A stretch of 64,000 nucleotides of DNA. It comes from Chiloscyllium plagiosum. Its lineage: Eukaryota. The position numbers and the translations under genes were made by a program. Below are positions 23,990 through 36,635 of this stretch, piece by piece. Location: the NCBI RefSeq assembly GCF_004010195.1, contig NC_057718.1, positions 63,905,905 to 63,969,904 of the forward strand, given 5' to 3'. The first letter of the stretch is position 1. Each line of letters starts with the position of its first letter. The notes under the pieces are model-generated. The model was not told where the DNA came from, did no database searches, and worked only from the letters and a program-made list of their open reading frames with translations.

Positions 23990-25440
23990 ACCAGTTAGCC
24001 AAGGAAAGCAATATGGAACTGGGGCCAGGAACCCCTTAATTGTAAGCAAAGTAACAATAATTGAAAACATAATGAACTAACATATGATAAATGCCCAGGA
24101 CTAGATAGTTTCCACTCCTGGATTTCAAAAGGAGTAGCTGAGAACATTGTAGATACCCAAATTCTAATCTTCCAGAGTTCACATGGTTTGGGAACTATTC
24201 CTATTGATAGAAATATTGCGTGTGCCACACTGCTATTGAAGAAAGATTTGAGAGGAAATTCATAGAATTATAGGCCAGTTAGTCAATATCTGTTGTCAGA
24301 AAATTACTATTATTGTTAAGGATAGAGTAACTGTACACCTTGAAATTTTCCAGCTGATCAGAAACGATCAGCATAAATATGTAAATTGAATCTGAATTTT
24401 TTGAAGAGGTGAAGTAGTGGACAGCTGCATGTCTATAAATGCAATTGATATGGACCCCTCAAAAGTATTTGATAAGGCCCTTCATAAGAGACTGTTGGCT
24501 GAAGTCGAAGCTGGTTCCAAAGGCAAATTATTCACCTAGTTAGGAAATTGGTTCAGTGGCTGGAGACAGGAAGTGGAGATAAGGGATAGATACTCTAATA
24601 GTAGAATAAGACTAATGATAGCCTATGAAGATTTTATTATTAGATGCTGGTATAGAAAGCTGTATATCTAGACTTGCTCAGGACTTAAAAGTAGGCGACA
24701 TTGTAAGCAGTGTAGATGGAATCATGAAATTAAGCGAGATATTGATAGGTTAAGCTTTTGCAAATAGATTTCAATAGAAACTAATATGTGTTCATCCACG
24801 ATGGACCTAACAAGCATAGGTGGGTTATTTTCTAAATGGTGAAATGGTCCAAAGACACTTACAGCTCCATGGTGTAATGAGTATGTCTGGAGGATTAGAA
24901 CATAAGGGGGTAGAAGTCATGCTTCAGCTATGCAAAGCCCTAGGTAGACCACACCTGGAGGGCTATGTGCAGTTTTGGCCACCACACCTTAGGAAAGATA
25001 TAATGGGCTTGCAGAAAACACAGCATTGATTTACCAGATGGATATTATACATGAATGGATACATTATGAGGAGAGATTGAACAAGGGTAATACTCCCTGG
25101 AATTTAGAAGATAAAATGGTGATTTGTTGAAAGTATTCAAGATATTAATTGGAAAATATATGGTAGAAGGGGAGAAACAATTTCCGCTGGTTGATGTGTC
25201 TAGGACTACAAAATACTAAAATATAGCGCCAGACTCATGATGAGTCTATGTGTAACGAATGGACAAAGTTTGGAATTCACTTTGGAAATGATAATTTATA
25301 TTACATAAATTGTTATACTTTAAATTGAGTTTAATAGGCTGCAGTTAATTAAAAGTATTAACGGGTATGGGACAAAGGTCGATATCTGGAGTTAAGCTGC
25401 TAATCAGCCATGATCTCATTGGATCTGGCTCATGGGGCCT
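23990..25440 (+). mobile_element. CR1 LINE ORF2 fragment (old)
   Basis: LQLCKALGRPHLEGYVQFWPPHLRKDI and other decayed CR1 motifs; 3' tail. Confidence 0.8.
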
Positions 25441-26835
25441 ATAACAATACTAGTTTCCTATTGTATTCACTGAGGCACATTCCAGCTGTCTCCTACAAAT
25501 TCCTCTTTTGTACCCACCACTATCTCAGAGCTATTAGGCTGCTGGTCCTACATCCACTTTTGGATTAGCAGAAATTCCCTCCACTAATTATTTGGAGAAC
25601 CAAAGCTATCATCCTTGATCATTCCACAACTCCATTCCTCTGTGAACTCAACTACCAAGACCCTGAGTTCTGAAATTCAGTCCCTCACCATACCCACTGC
25701 AGTCTCTTTAAAAGCACCTATGAATCAACTTTGGGGACCATCTATTCTAATATCTCTCTATATGTCTTGGTGTCAAATATCCTCCAGTAACATACCTGTG
25801 AAATATCTGGAGTTTTTTTTAAGTTAAGGGTGCTACACGCTTGCTACAGTTTTTACATCAACTGATATAATGATTGTGGTTATTTATATGGCATACCATT
25901 TGTACAAAATGGTTAGGTTTTAAGTTGAAAAAAAGATGAACAGGGTGGAATGAGTCCCCTTGATCCAATTTAATGTATTAAAGTTGTGATAGACCTTCAA
26001 AAAACTGCTTAGTGTTTTGAGATGAGTACTCAAGCTTTTCTTCTGTTGGATTTGATGCCAGAACTTTAAAAGATGCAATTGATTTCATTTACTATCACAA
26101 AAATTCAAAAGAAATCTACACCTAGGTCCAAAGCCCATAATGTGACATCCTGATTTATCAGTAAACATTTTAAGGAAAATCTTTGACTTGAAATTAATTA
26201 ACATGGTTACTACCTTTTGGACCCAAGGTCAGTTTTTATGAAAACAGTCAGTTCATAGTTCAGAGACTGAAGACTTATACACTGGATTTATTTTACCAGC
26301 ATAAAGAATGTCCCTGTTCAACTTTATTGAATACTGATGGTGTGCATACACATTTACTTTACTTGAAACATATAATTCTACTAGATGTTTTCAAACCTCA
26401 AAGCGTCTAAGAAGTAACAGAGATAAAAGATAAAAGAAATTAATGGTTTGTAGTGATAGCACAATAATATTTAATGCATTTTTGTATACACCGTATTTAA
26501 AATAGATAAACATTTCTGTTAGAAACAACAGAAAGACGAATGGCATACAGATGTAATATTAATTCATGTAACCTAATACAATAATTATTGGCTACATTTC
26601 AAACATATTACTTTACAGCAGCAACATTAAAAGTAGAAGAATAATTCTGGCTGGGACAGGCCTAGGGGAAGAGTCTTTAAGCAACATACTTTAAAGCAGT
26701 ATTATTCAATACATTCATTATTAGGCACATGAGATGGATTGAGAATCCAGATATAGATAATCAGAATTCACATAATCAAATAAAAGGTAATAGACATTTA
26801 ATATGTATGTGACCCTAATACACATCAACGCACAA

Positions 26836-27800
26836 GACCATGAGACCTTAAAAGGAGGAGGCACTCAAGCCTGTTTCTTCATTCAGTAGGATCATGGCTG
26901 ATCCAATATTGCTCATATTCATTCTTGTGTTTTCCCCATAATCTGTGATTCCCCTGCTGGTCAAGAATTTATCAATATCAGCCTTAAATATACACAAAGA
27001 CTCTGCCCCCATTCTGTATGGAATCATACAATCGATTATAGAATCCCTACACTGTTGAAAGAGGCCATTCAGCCCATCAAGTCTGCAGTGACCACTCAAA
27101 CAGTATCTCAACCAGACCCTGCTCCCCCACTCTATGCCTAGGTCCAAGGCCCATAATGTGACATTTTGATTTATTAGTAAAATGAACATTGAAACTCTGA
27201 ATATACCGTGGCTAACCCACCTAGCCTGTACATCCCTATACACTACAGGGCAATTTAGCATGGCCAATCCATCTAATTTGCACATGTGGCAAGGAGTTCC
27301 AAAGACTCTCAAGCCTCTGAGAAAAGAAACTCCTCATTTTGGGCTTAAACCAGTGTCCCTTTATTCTTAGGTTACGTCCTCTGGCCCTAAACTCTTGCAT
27401 AAAGGGAAACATCATCTCAGCATTTACCCTGTCAAACTCTTTAAGAGTTCTATATTTTTCAATGAGATCATTTCTCATTCTTATAAATTCCAGTGACACT
27501 AATTCCATCCTGTTTAGCCTTTGCTCATTAGATAATCCCTCCATACTAGTGATCATCTTAGTGAACAGTCTCTGAACTGCCTCTAATAATACGGTATCTT
27601 TCCTTAAAGAAGGGGAACAAGACTGTTGACAGTACTCTAGATGTTGCATCTTATACAGTTACAGTAAAACTTCCCTATTCCTACAGTTCACCCCCTGCCT
27701 TGAAATAAGAGCCAACATTCCATTAGACTTCTTGATTACCTGCTGCACCTGTATACCAGCTTTCCGTGATTTGTGCACAAATACCCCCAAGTCTCTTTAT
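26836..27800 (-). mobile_element. CR1 3' fragment with nested HE1 SINE fragment (~27020-27290, minus)
   Basis: HLEYCQQSCSPSLRKDTVLLEAVQRL...; SINE motif gggcaatttagcatggccaatccatctaatttgcacat. Confidence 0.8.
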
Positions 27801-28192
27801 GCTGTAGTTTTCTACAGTGTTTTTTTTTCATTCCATTCTTTTCACATCTCCTATTATTTGTTGATAAATAGCCTTTCTCACAGATTGGTTACTGTCTGGG
27901 GGTCTGTGCACTACTCCTACTAATGTCTATTTTTTCCTTGCTGCTTTTTCACCTCTGCCCAAATGGACTGTATATCATCTGAGTTTAGATCATCTCTCCT
28001 AACTGTACTCATTTCATCTCATATTACATGCATGTCTTGTTATCCGTGTCTCATTACACATGTCTGAGCTTTGTGCTTTTATTTCTGAAATAGTAACAGA
28101 GAAAACAGAGTGAGTGTTTTTGATCATTGTACATGCTTTACCTCCTAGGTTACTGAAAAGTGGCAGATGTTAATTCAGTAAATGTATACATG

Positions 28193-28824
28193 TGTCACAA
28201 AGCTTTTTTTTCTAAAAGCTGTTCCTTGGCTCAAGGATACTTTGTCCTTGATTTGTTCAGAGGGGTAATAAACCAGGCCGGACTCCAGTCAGTCTGGTTT
28301 GGTACAGAGACTAAAGGGTATTGAGAGGCCTTTTCATTTATAAGTAAACAGATGAGACGTCAGGCCGAAGTGGTCATGTTTTAGAAGTGACTGTATAATG
28401 AAAGGGAAGTAGTCAGCTCTCGAGCTGAGCAGTTTAGTTCAGTCCAGAACTGGTTGGAGGTTCAACAGTGAACCGTGTGGAAATTCTCTTCTGCCCTTTT
28501 ATCTACAACCTGTAAGCATCTGATTCTTTTTCATACCATGTTTTAAAGGGGGTTTGCTTATTGGGACTGTTGCGTATATTCAGAACAGTATACTTGAGTC
28601 TAGTTTAAATAGACTTAGTTCTGTAGGGATTCTTTATCCTATTCTTTGTGTTTCATTGTCTAATTTTGTGAATAAGTTTTTTTTGTCTGTTTGAAACCTG
28701 GTAGTCAACCTCGCTAACTTTATCCGGATAGTTTTCACTATACACTCAACAAAACAAATTGCAAAGTCATGGTCTGGGCTGCTTGCTTAAGAATGTTTTG
28801 AGTGGCCGAGGATGGTCCAAAATA
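28193..28824 (+). mobile_element. Solo LTR (~630 bp) with 4-bp TSD CATG
   Basis: Starts TGTCAC; CATG at 28189-28192 and 28825-28828. The 3' terminal CA is degraded. Different family from the 38.5-46.4 kb element. Confidence 0.55.
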
Positions 28825-28861
28825 CATGAAATATATTTACTTGTATTCTGCAAGTATAGAA

Positions 28862-28977
28862 AGAGGTATTTAGAAATCTGCTTGGACATGTTGTAACATC
28901 TGTCTGGGGCAGGTGAGACTTGAACCTGAACCATCTGGCTCAGGGATAGAGACACAACATTGTGCCACAAGAGCCCT
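28862..28977 (-). mobile_element. tRNA-derived SINE head
   Basis: Reverse complement of 9771-9890. Confidence 0.55.
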
Positions 28978-29286
28978 TATTGAGTCAGTATATTTTCTAC
29001 TAAAATCAGTGTGTAACTAAATTGGTGTCACCAACAATTTATTTTAGATAAACTATTTTAAGTCGCATGTTTCCATCTTGCCCTACCCCAGCTTGTTCTT
29101 TATGACATAAATGAAGGAATTTGGTGACCTTGCATGTGAAATTCCATCGTATCAAAGTGATTATCGCTGTGATTTCTGGCAGTGCACAGCATCCAATTTC
29201 AGTCCTAACACTGTGGATAAGTGTTGACTTGAAATTAAATGCTGGCTTGTGTTGAAAAGCAAATAAAAAGCAAACTAATGAAATTG

Positions 29287-29426
29287 ATTAAAAACCAAAA
29301 GAACTGCGGCTGCTGGAAATGAGAAACAAAAACAGAAATTGCTGAAAAAACTGAGCAGGTCTGGCAGCATCTGTGGAGAGAAATCAGAATTAATGTTTCA
29401 GGTCCTGTGACCCTTCTTCAGAACTC
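29287..29426 (-). mobile_element. 140-bp hammerhead-bearing PLE-derived mini-element, imperfect 10-bp TSD
   Basis: AATGAAA(T/C)TG at 29277-29286 and 29427-29436. Minus strand GAGTT-CTGAAGA-A-GGGTC acag GACCT-GAAA-C-ATT-AATTC at 29387-29426. Confidence 0.7.
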
Positions 29427-29539
29427 AATGAAACTGTAGTTCACCTTTCTCAACTGGCTTTTAGTGTGGAATTGAGTGCAGCATTGGCAGAGGGCTAGTC
29501 ATATATCACTTGCTCATTCAGCCTCAATGGCTACATTGG

Positions 29540-29880
29540 AGAGACAATGATGTAATGATAAAGTCACTGGGATAAGCTAACAGCTCAAAGTAATGGTTTG
29601 AGAGCATGGTTTCAAAATCCATTGTAACAATGAATGCAATTTACAATCAATAAATCAATCTAGATGTTAAGCTGGTCTCAAAACTGATGCCACAAATTTC
29701 TCATAATTGTTATAAAAACTGATCTAGTTTGCTTGTGTCTTTTAGGGAAGGAAATCTGCCACCTTTACTTGGGCTGGCCTGCAGAAATGTAGTTGACTCT
29801 TAATTGCCGAGTAAGTTGCTCAGTTCAAGGGCAATCAGGTATGGGCAACAAATACTGGCTTTGTCACATCCAATTAAAGG
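29540..29880 (+). mobile_element. Old tRNA-derived SINE with LINE-shared 3' tail
   Basis: Homologous to 32220-32540; its tail resembles the 3' end of the LINE at 54590-55520. Confidence 0.6.
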
Positions 29881-30049
29881 ATAAAGAGAAAAATTCAACT
29901 CAGTCAGTTGATAGTCTGCTTACTGTTCTGGAAGGAAAATGAACCTGTCAATATTTTGAATCACACAGCAAGTGCGATGCACTTTTTCACCTCTGTGTCA
30001 TATGTCCATTGTTTATCATCTATCATCGATTATCATTTCCATCATCTAT

Positions 30050-32200
30050 CTAAACAGAGGAACAGAGGATATGGGAACAGAAGTAGGCCATTTGGCATTT
30101 CAATCCTGTTGTACCATTCAACAAAATCAGAGCTGATCAACTCCAATTTCTCATCTGCATGCTATCCATTACCTTTGGCTCCTTTGTCTATTAAAAATCT
30201 ATTTATCTCAGCTTTGGGTAAAGTGAATAATCAGTCTCTATTGCTTTCTGGGGAAGAGAATTCCACAGACTCACAACCATCCACGAGAAAAGTATTGTCC
30301 TAATCTCTATCTTAAAAATAAGCCATCTTATTCTGAAACTTTGTCCCTTAGTTCCACTTTCTCCTAACAAGGGAAAATTGTAATCAAGGCTTCTGTTAAC
30401 TCTGCAGCCACTTCTTTCTGTGGATGTTGGCCTTCTTGCCCGGGATCTAGACTTTAGGTCTAACATTTTTCCCAACACCTCTTCCCTGGTGCTTATGGTG
30501 ATTGATTTCAATTCTTCCTTCCTTCCATGTCAGAATTTCCAATGCCTTTAGGACATTTTCTGTCTTCTGCAGTGAAGACACATACAAATACCTTTTCAAT
30601 GCAATCATCATTTCTTAGTTTCTGTCATTTCCTCAGACTCACTCTCTAGAATACCAATATTAGATTTTTTTTGCTGTTAGAGTCATAGAGATGTACAGCA
30701 CGGAAACAGACCTTTTGGTCCAACTCATCCGTGCAACCAGATATCCTAAATTAATCTAGTCCCATTTGCCAGCACTTGGCCTATATCCCTCCAAAAACTT
30801 TCTATTCATATACACATACAGATGCCTTTTAAATGTTGCAATTGTACCAGCCTCCACCACTTCCTCTGGCCGCTCATTCCGTACATGCACCTTCCTTGGC
30901 ATGAAAACGTTGCCCCTTGGGTCCCTTTTAAATCTTGCCCCTCTCACTTTAAACCTATGCCCTCTAGTTCTGGACTCCCCTACCCCTACCTTGTCTATTT
31001 ACCTGATCCATGCCCCTCATGCTTTTATAAAGCTCCAGAAGATCACCCTTCAGCCTCCAACGCTCCAGGGAAAACAGCCCCAGCCTATTCAACCTCTCCC
31101 TATAGCTCAAACTCTCCAACCTTGGCAACATCTTCGTAAATCTTTCCTGAACCCTACTACATGATTTTATATTAATATGAATTTTTAACTCATACACCAC
31201 TTTCCCCCTCTGTGTCGTTTTGTCATAGAGTCATAGAATTATACAACACAGCAACAGACTCTTCGGTCTAACTCGTCCTCGCCAATCAGATATCCTGAAT
31301 TGATTCAGTCCCATTTGTCAGCATTTGGTCCACATCCCTCTGAATGCTTCCCTTTCATGCATCCATCCAGATGCCTTTTAAATGTTGCTTTTGTACCCTT
31401 CTCCACCACCTCCTGTGGCAGCTCATTCCATATACGCATCACGCTCTGCGTGAAAAAGTTGCCTGTCAAGTCTGTTTTAAATCTTTCCACATTCATCTTA
31501 AACCTATGTCTTCTAGTTTTGGTCTCCCCTACCCTGGGAAAAAGACCTTGCAAATTCACCCTGTACATGCCCTCCATGATTTTATAAACTTCTAGTAAGT
31601 CACCCCTCAGCTTCTGATGCTCCAGCAGAATAAACCCCAGCCAATTCAGCTTCTCCCTAACATTAAAGCTCTCCAATCCCAACACCATCCTTGTAAATCT
31701 TTTTTAAACCCTTTCAAGTTTAACAACATCTTTCCTGTAGCATGGAGATCAGAATTGAATGAAGAATTCTAAAAATGGCCTCACCAATGTCCTGTACATC
31801 TACAACACATTCCTTCTTTTCCTTAAAATCTGACCAACCTTCTAAGTAAACATTAACCTCTGCAGGATTTTGTGGTGTTCCTTTAAGTTATGCTTAACTT
31901 AACTTATTTAGCCATGAATGATGCCTTCTTCTGCAAGTGTCTTTCTTGCTCATTGGGGTAATGTTTTACTCAGAGATATTAAATATCTCCTTAAATGTGT
32001 CCTACTGCATCTCTACTTTGCTACTGTACAACCCAGTTTCCTAGCTAACTTTAGCCAGTTTTGCCTTCATACTGATACAATTACCTTTGTTAGATTTATA
32101 CACCAGTCTTAGAACCAGGCTTCACCTCTTCAAACTGAATTTGAAATTCTGCCATGTTAAAGTTTCTATTGTCTTTTCTAAGATGTTACTAACTAATCCT
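30050..32200 (-). mobile_element. Cluster of CR1 fragments including two HER1 3' ends (30679-31157, 31222-31808)
   Basis: ORFs 30756-30947, 30964-31200 and 31305-31688 encode the CR1 ORF2 C-terminus; agtcatagag tails. Confidence 0.85.
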
Positions 32201-32219
32201 GGCTCTGAATCTATTAGTT

Positions 32220-32540
32220 AGTGGCAAATCATTAATCCACAGACCCAGGTAATGTTGTGCAGACCTGGGTTCAAATCCTGCCATAACAGATGGTAGAATT
32301 TGAAGTCAATACAAAACTGGAATTAAGGGTCTAACGATGACCATGAAACTTGTTGATTTTCAGAAAAAAATCCATCTGATTCACTAATGTCCTTTAAGGA
32401 AGGTAACTGCTTTCTTTACCTGGTCAGGCGTACATGTGACTCCAGATGTACAGCAATGTGGTTGCCTATTAACTGCCCTCTGGATAATTGGGGATGGGTA
32501 ATAAATACTGGCTTGGCCAGTGAAATTCACATCCCATGAA
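32220..32540 (+). mobile_element. Old tRNA-derived SINE with LINE-shared 3' tail
   Basis: B-box gggttcaaatcc; ends aataaatactggcttggccagtgaaattcacatcccatgaat. Confidence 0.65.
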
Positions 32541-33128
32541 TCAGTCCCAAAGAAAATCTCAGAAGCCAATTAAGAACACATTGTGTATCCCATGAAAAAC
32601 ATTTTTTTTGGAGGAGCAAATTGCAAAAAAAAAGTCCATTTACAGTCATTCAGCTTTACAACTTAAACAAAAAAACACAGTTTTCTTACTTTCCCTGACA
32701 TTAGTTCAAGACTGCCTTTACCATGACAAATATCCAAAAGCTATTTGGTTTGTTTCATTTACAACAAGGCAGATTCCAGAAGATATGACGTTCAATAGAT
32801 TGCCATATCCCAATATGTGGATGCATTACAGTACAAGGTACCCAGAATAACAATATCAAACATCCTTTATTAAATATTAGTAAAGCAGAATTTCCATGTG
32901 CAGAGATTCTGTAGTTTGCTAGTCAAATATGTCTTAGAGGAAAGAAAAGCTAACATCAAAATGACTGAATTAAGAAGGTCTTAAGTTCCTGTTATGTTCT
33001 GCTTCATTCTTACACATTAACAAAATGATGTTTAATGTTTTCCGAATCTCAAATGGCGCAGTGAGTTGAGAGCACCAATGATGGTCACAGGTTAAGTAAT
33101 TAACATACCCAGTAAACTGCATCCTTAC

Positions 33129-33181
33129 TTTGTATATTTCCATTAATAAATACACCAAAATGCACGTAAAACGTTGTAATC
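33129..33181 (-). other. Candidate 53-nt internal exon
   Basis: Minus: ttttaattctcccttcAG|GATTAC...TACAAA|GTAAGG. An alternative donor GG|GTATGT would end the exon at 33109. Confidence 0.3.
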
Positions 33182-34143
33182 CTGAAGGGAGAATTAAAAT
33201 ACAGTCAAATCTGCCACAATGGCCTGCTCAGAATGTTCCAGCTCTGTAGTTGAATGTCATTTCTTCCTAAAGTTACAAATGCATGTAAATTCTATATTTG
33301 CACCTAGACAATTGTTATACAGCTCAGGGCCCTGCTACTTAACCTATTGGACAAAGTGGGTACAACGTTTTCCAATCAATTGCTTTCCAGTGTCAGAGAT
33401 GCGTAGTTTATTTCTCAAGCTTTGGTTTAGATTTTTACTATTCATGTCGACTCCGGTGACACATAATGCCATCTGTAATTCAAATTTCCCGTTTTGATTG
33501 AAGACGCTGAATTACATTCAGTAAACGGCACCACAGTATCCTGACGTGGTTGTGTCGAGTGGAAGAACTCTGCTTTGAACACACAAAAAAGGCTTGTTTC
33601 CTCCCAGCGAAGGCAATCAGGATGAGAAGGCCACCTATTTTATGGGCACATTCTTGGGACTGTTGGATGCTCCATATTCCACTGTTATGAGCAGAATACA
33701 AGCACTGACACCCCCGAAGATTGGAACCTGGGGGAAATCCAGTCCTTGTTGCAGACTGCCTGCTCAGTCCCTCTAATTTCACTCCTCAATGGTGCAATCT
33801 GGCCATTTGACGTCAGATGCGATAAAGACCACAAACAATCCAACAAGAAAAGCAACTGAAATGGAATTTTACACCAACTGGTCTCTCTAAGGTCTCTGCT
33901 TGCACAGGGAACTGATGTACCCAACTGGCCTGGCATTCCCCTTTGACACTGAACCGAGGGGAATGATCAGGTTTTGACTGAGGGTCTGAAGGTTAGGGGG
34001 GGGGGGGGGGGGGAAGGGTGAAGAGCTGGAGGGATGGGGGAGTTGGTCACCTCTCCCACTGGGCCATTCCTGTGCATGGCCTTACAACTGGTCAGAGCCG
34101 AGCCTGACAATGTAAAAGTGCACCTTGTGGGCCGGTCCCTTAC

Positions 34144-34219
34144 CTTGATCGCCAGCGTCGAAAGATGGCGAGGTTGCTGAGACCGGGGATCCTTCAAGAG
34201 TTTTTCGTTTCTTCGACAT
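34144..34219 (-). CDS. Candidate first coding exon MSKKRKTLEGSPVSATSPSFDAGDQ(G), gene unidentified
   Basis: ATG at 34219, 25 open codons with an NLS-like KKRK, then a near-consensus donor AAG|GTAAGG (phase 1) inside the CpG island. Kozak context is weak. Confidence 0.35.
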
Positions 34220-35009
34220 CGGTGAGATGTTTCGATGTTCCTTGCTGTCCGGTTTGTGTGTGTGTGTCTGTTGCTGTTCGGTCTGGTGTTCCGTTCAGGA
34301 CTGGCTGGGCGGAGGGACAAAGTGAAGCTTGTCTACAAAGCCAGGAGACTTGGTGCAGCCTGGAGCTGACAGGAGGACGAGTGAAGATCCCCCTGACCGT
34401 GCCAGTGGCTTCCTGTGCAGCGCTGGGGCTTGGCAGCTCAATCTCTTCCTGTGTTCATCTTTGGAGTATGAAACTTCGAGACCCGCGCTTTTCCCAGCCA
34501 CAGAGGCGAAAGCAGGGAAGGAGGGAGGGAGGGAGGGATCGAGGACCTGCTGCTATGGATCCCAGATCCCAGATCACGTGTGCCCAGGATTGCTTCCAGG
34601 GGCTTGTTTCTTTCGGCGGAAAAGTCCGTTTGCGCCCCTTTGCCCAGCCTCACTGGGTTAGTGGTCTGACGGTGCCAAGCTCCTAATGAGAGCTGGCACA
34701 AACCGAGCTGGGCACCCGCAGCTTGGCCAGAGAGCTGGCATCTGCCGGGGTGCAGAGGGAAGCCCCCCCCACCCCTCCCCCCCTCACCCAAGGGGAGGGA
34801 GGGGGGTGTCAGGCCCCACTTTGTCCATGAGTCAGCTCTGTGCAGTCAGCATCTTATCCAGAAGGAGAGGTGGGAGAGAGAGACAGTCACAGAGCAGCAC
34901 CCGGCCATTGGGCGCCAGGGGGCTCCGCGCTTGTCACAACCGGAGATTTCACGTGGAAGAGAGGGAGGTGAGGGTGGGGGGCGAGACAGAGGGGACGGGG
35001 GGAGGGGGG

Positions 35010-35215
35010 GAACTTGCTTCGCCTCCTTTGCAAAAAGCCGTCCCTGCATTTTTCTCCAGTCACAGCCTCCTGGAGAGAGTCCCCTTCGCCTCCCATTGCG
35101 CCTGTTCCTTCCAGTTGGTCCAAGTTGTCTTTTTTTTCTCAAAACAAAAAGGAAACAATTGCTTGCTTCGTTGTAGAACCGCAGCGGAGACCACTCTGTT
35201 GGGTTGACACTGAGG
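35010..35215 (+). other. Candidate non-coding first exon of a plus-strand gene
   Basis: Lies downstream of CCAAT/E-box/G-rich motifs and ends in donor AGG|GTGAGC. The 5' boundary is a guess. Confidence 0.35.
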
Positions 35216-36521
35216 GTGAGCATCAGCCTGGGAGGTGGGTGGGGGGGTCCTCTGTGCAGCGGCCTCTCCGCAGTCTCCTCAAAGCGGGTCACAAGCCTTG
35301 AAGTTACAACGAACCGGCCCCCAATGAGACCGACGGCCAGAAGTTAAGGTTTGAATCGGAGCAGAGGGTGCTGGCTCCCACAGCCGAGAAGCCGGAGTGA
35401 GCACTGGGGACTGAGAGGAATGGTGGCCCCGCTCTCACGCCCACCGGCAAGACTTTGACGCTCATTCTTGGATAATGAAAATGATAACACGTCTTTGCTG
35501 GCTCGACGAATCTCTCTTGGCTATTGACCACAACTTTGTCTCGTTTTCTTTTTCACCCCGAACCCTGTTCTGGGGTCCATTAAAGACCAACAGAAACACT
35601 CCACCCAGTTCCAGAGAACCCGGGGTATCTTCCCATCCATCCCTGAAAGCACTACATAACCCCATGTTGCTATCCTGAAGACTCATTACCCCACCCACAC
35701 ACATAGAAAACATTAATAACACGCTGCGCCTGGCAGATGGCGAAGAGTCCGGGTTAACAATCAGCGAGTTTAAACATTAGGAGTACAGGTATATTTACAT
35801 ACCGGGACACCGGCAGATGCTGGAAGGTCTCAGCAGGGTCCAGCAGTAGCTGCGGAGAGAGGAACGGGGCTGGGGCTGTGGTTTCAGGGTCGATGGTTGT
35901 ATTTTGACAGTTCGGAGACTGGAGCTGTCACTGTCAGAAGTCGGCTAAACCCCCTTGAAACTGCTGCCATTTAATCAGCTCTCCCCTTCCTTTCTGCGTT
36001 GGGAGGCTTCACTTAAACGTGCCTTAGTCTTGTGAATGAACGAATGAATGAAATAACTCCGCCGGGAGTTTGTGCTGACACAATGCAAGCTGCACTTCAA
36101 TGCGAGCTCTCCTGTAAATAGATCGTGTTAATCAGAATCCCACTCACCCAGAGACAACACAGCTCCACACAGTAATGTGAACATACGAACACCTCAATCA
36201 TCATTAATATATTCATTGGCCACACATAATAAACAATCATCATCGGTCAAGCTAGCTCCTACTTGGAGATGTGGCTGTCCTGTCTGCTGTGTCTTGCTCC
36301 ATTTATTTTGCTTCCAATCTTAAACTATTTACTGCATAAACTATAATGTGGAGTGGGGGTTTAGGGGGGAAATTCGGATTTATTTGTGTTCCCCCCCACC
36401 CCCGAACCTGAAACAGATAGATGCCCCCTCGTTCCCTTGCCTTTTCACTGTGTAAGTGCCAGCTCCTATTTATTGATGAGCTTTCTAAAGCAAACACTCT
36501 CAGGTTTGGGAGAGCAGCCGC

Positions 36522-36635
36522 TGACGTCAAAGCTACTGACGTCAATGCTCTGGCTTTGACACAAGAAGCTTTTTTTTCCCAATGCGACCCTAATGGGATT
36601 ATAAAAAAAAATCATCTCCTTCTGGCAATCATCAA
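36522..36635 (+). promoter_or_regulatory. Twin CRE + CCAAT + TATA core promoter
   Basis: TGACGTCA at 36522-36529 and 36537-36544; CCAAT 36579-36583; TATAAA 36600-36605; TCA initiator-like site with A at 36631. Confidence 0.6.

Noticed and set aside
34165..35301. Long overlapping ORFs (100-173 aa) in the GC-rich island
   Set aside because: Expected from stop-codon depletion in GC-rich DNA; low complexity and no domain similarity.
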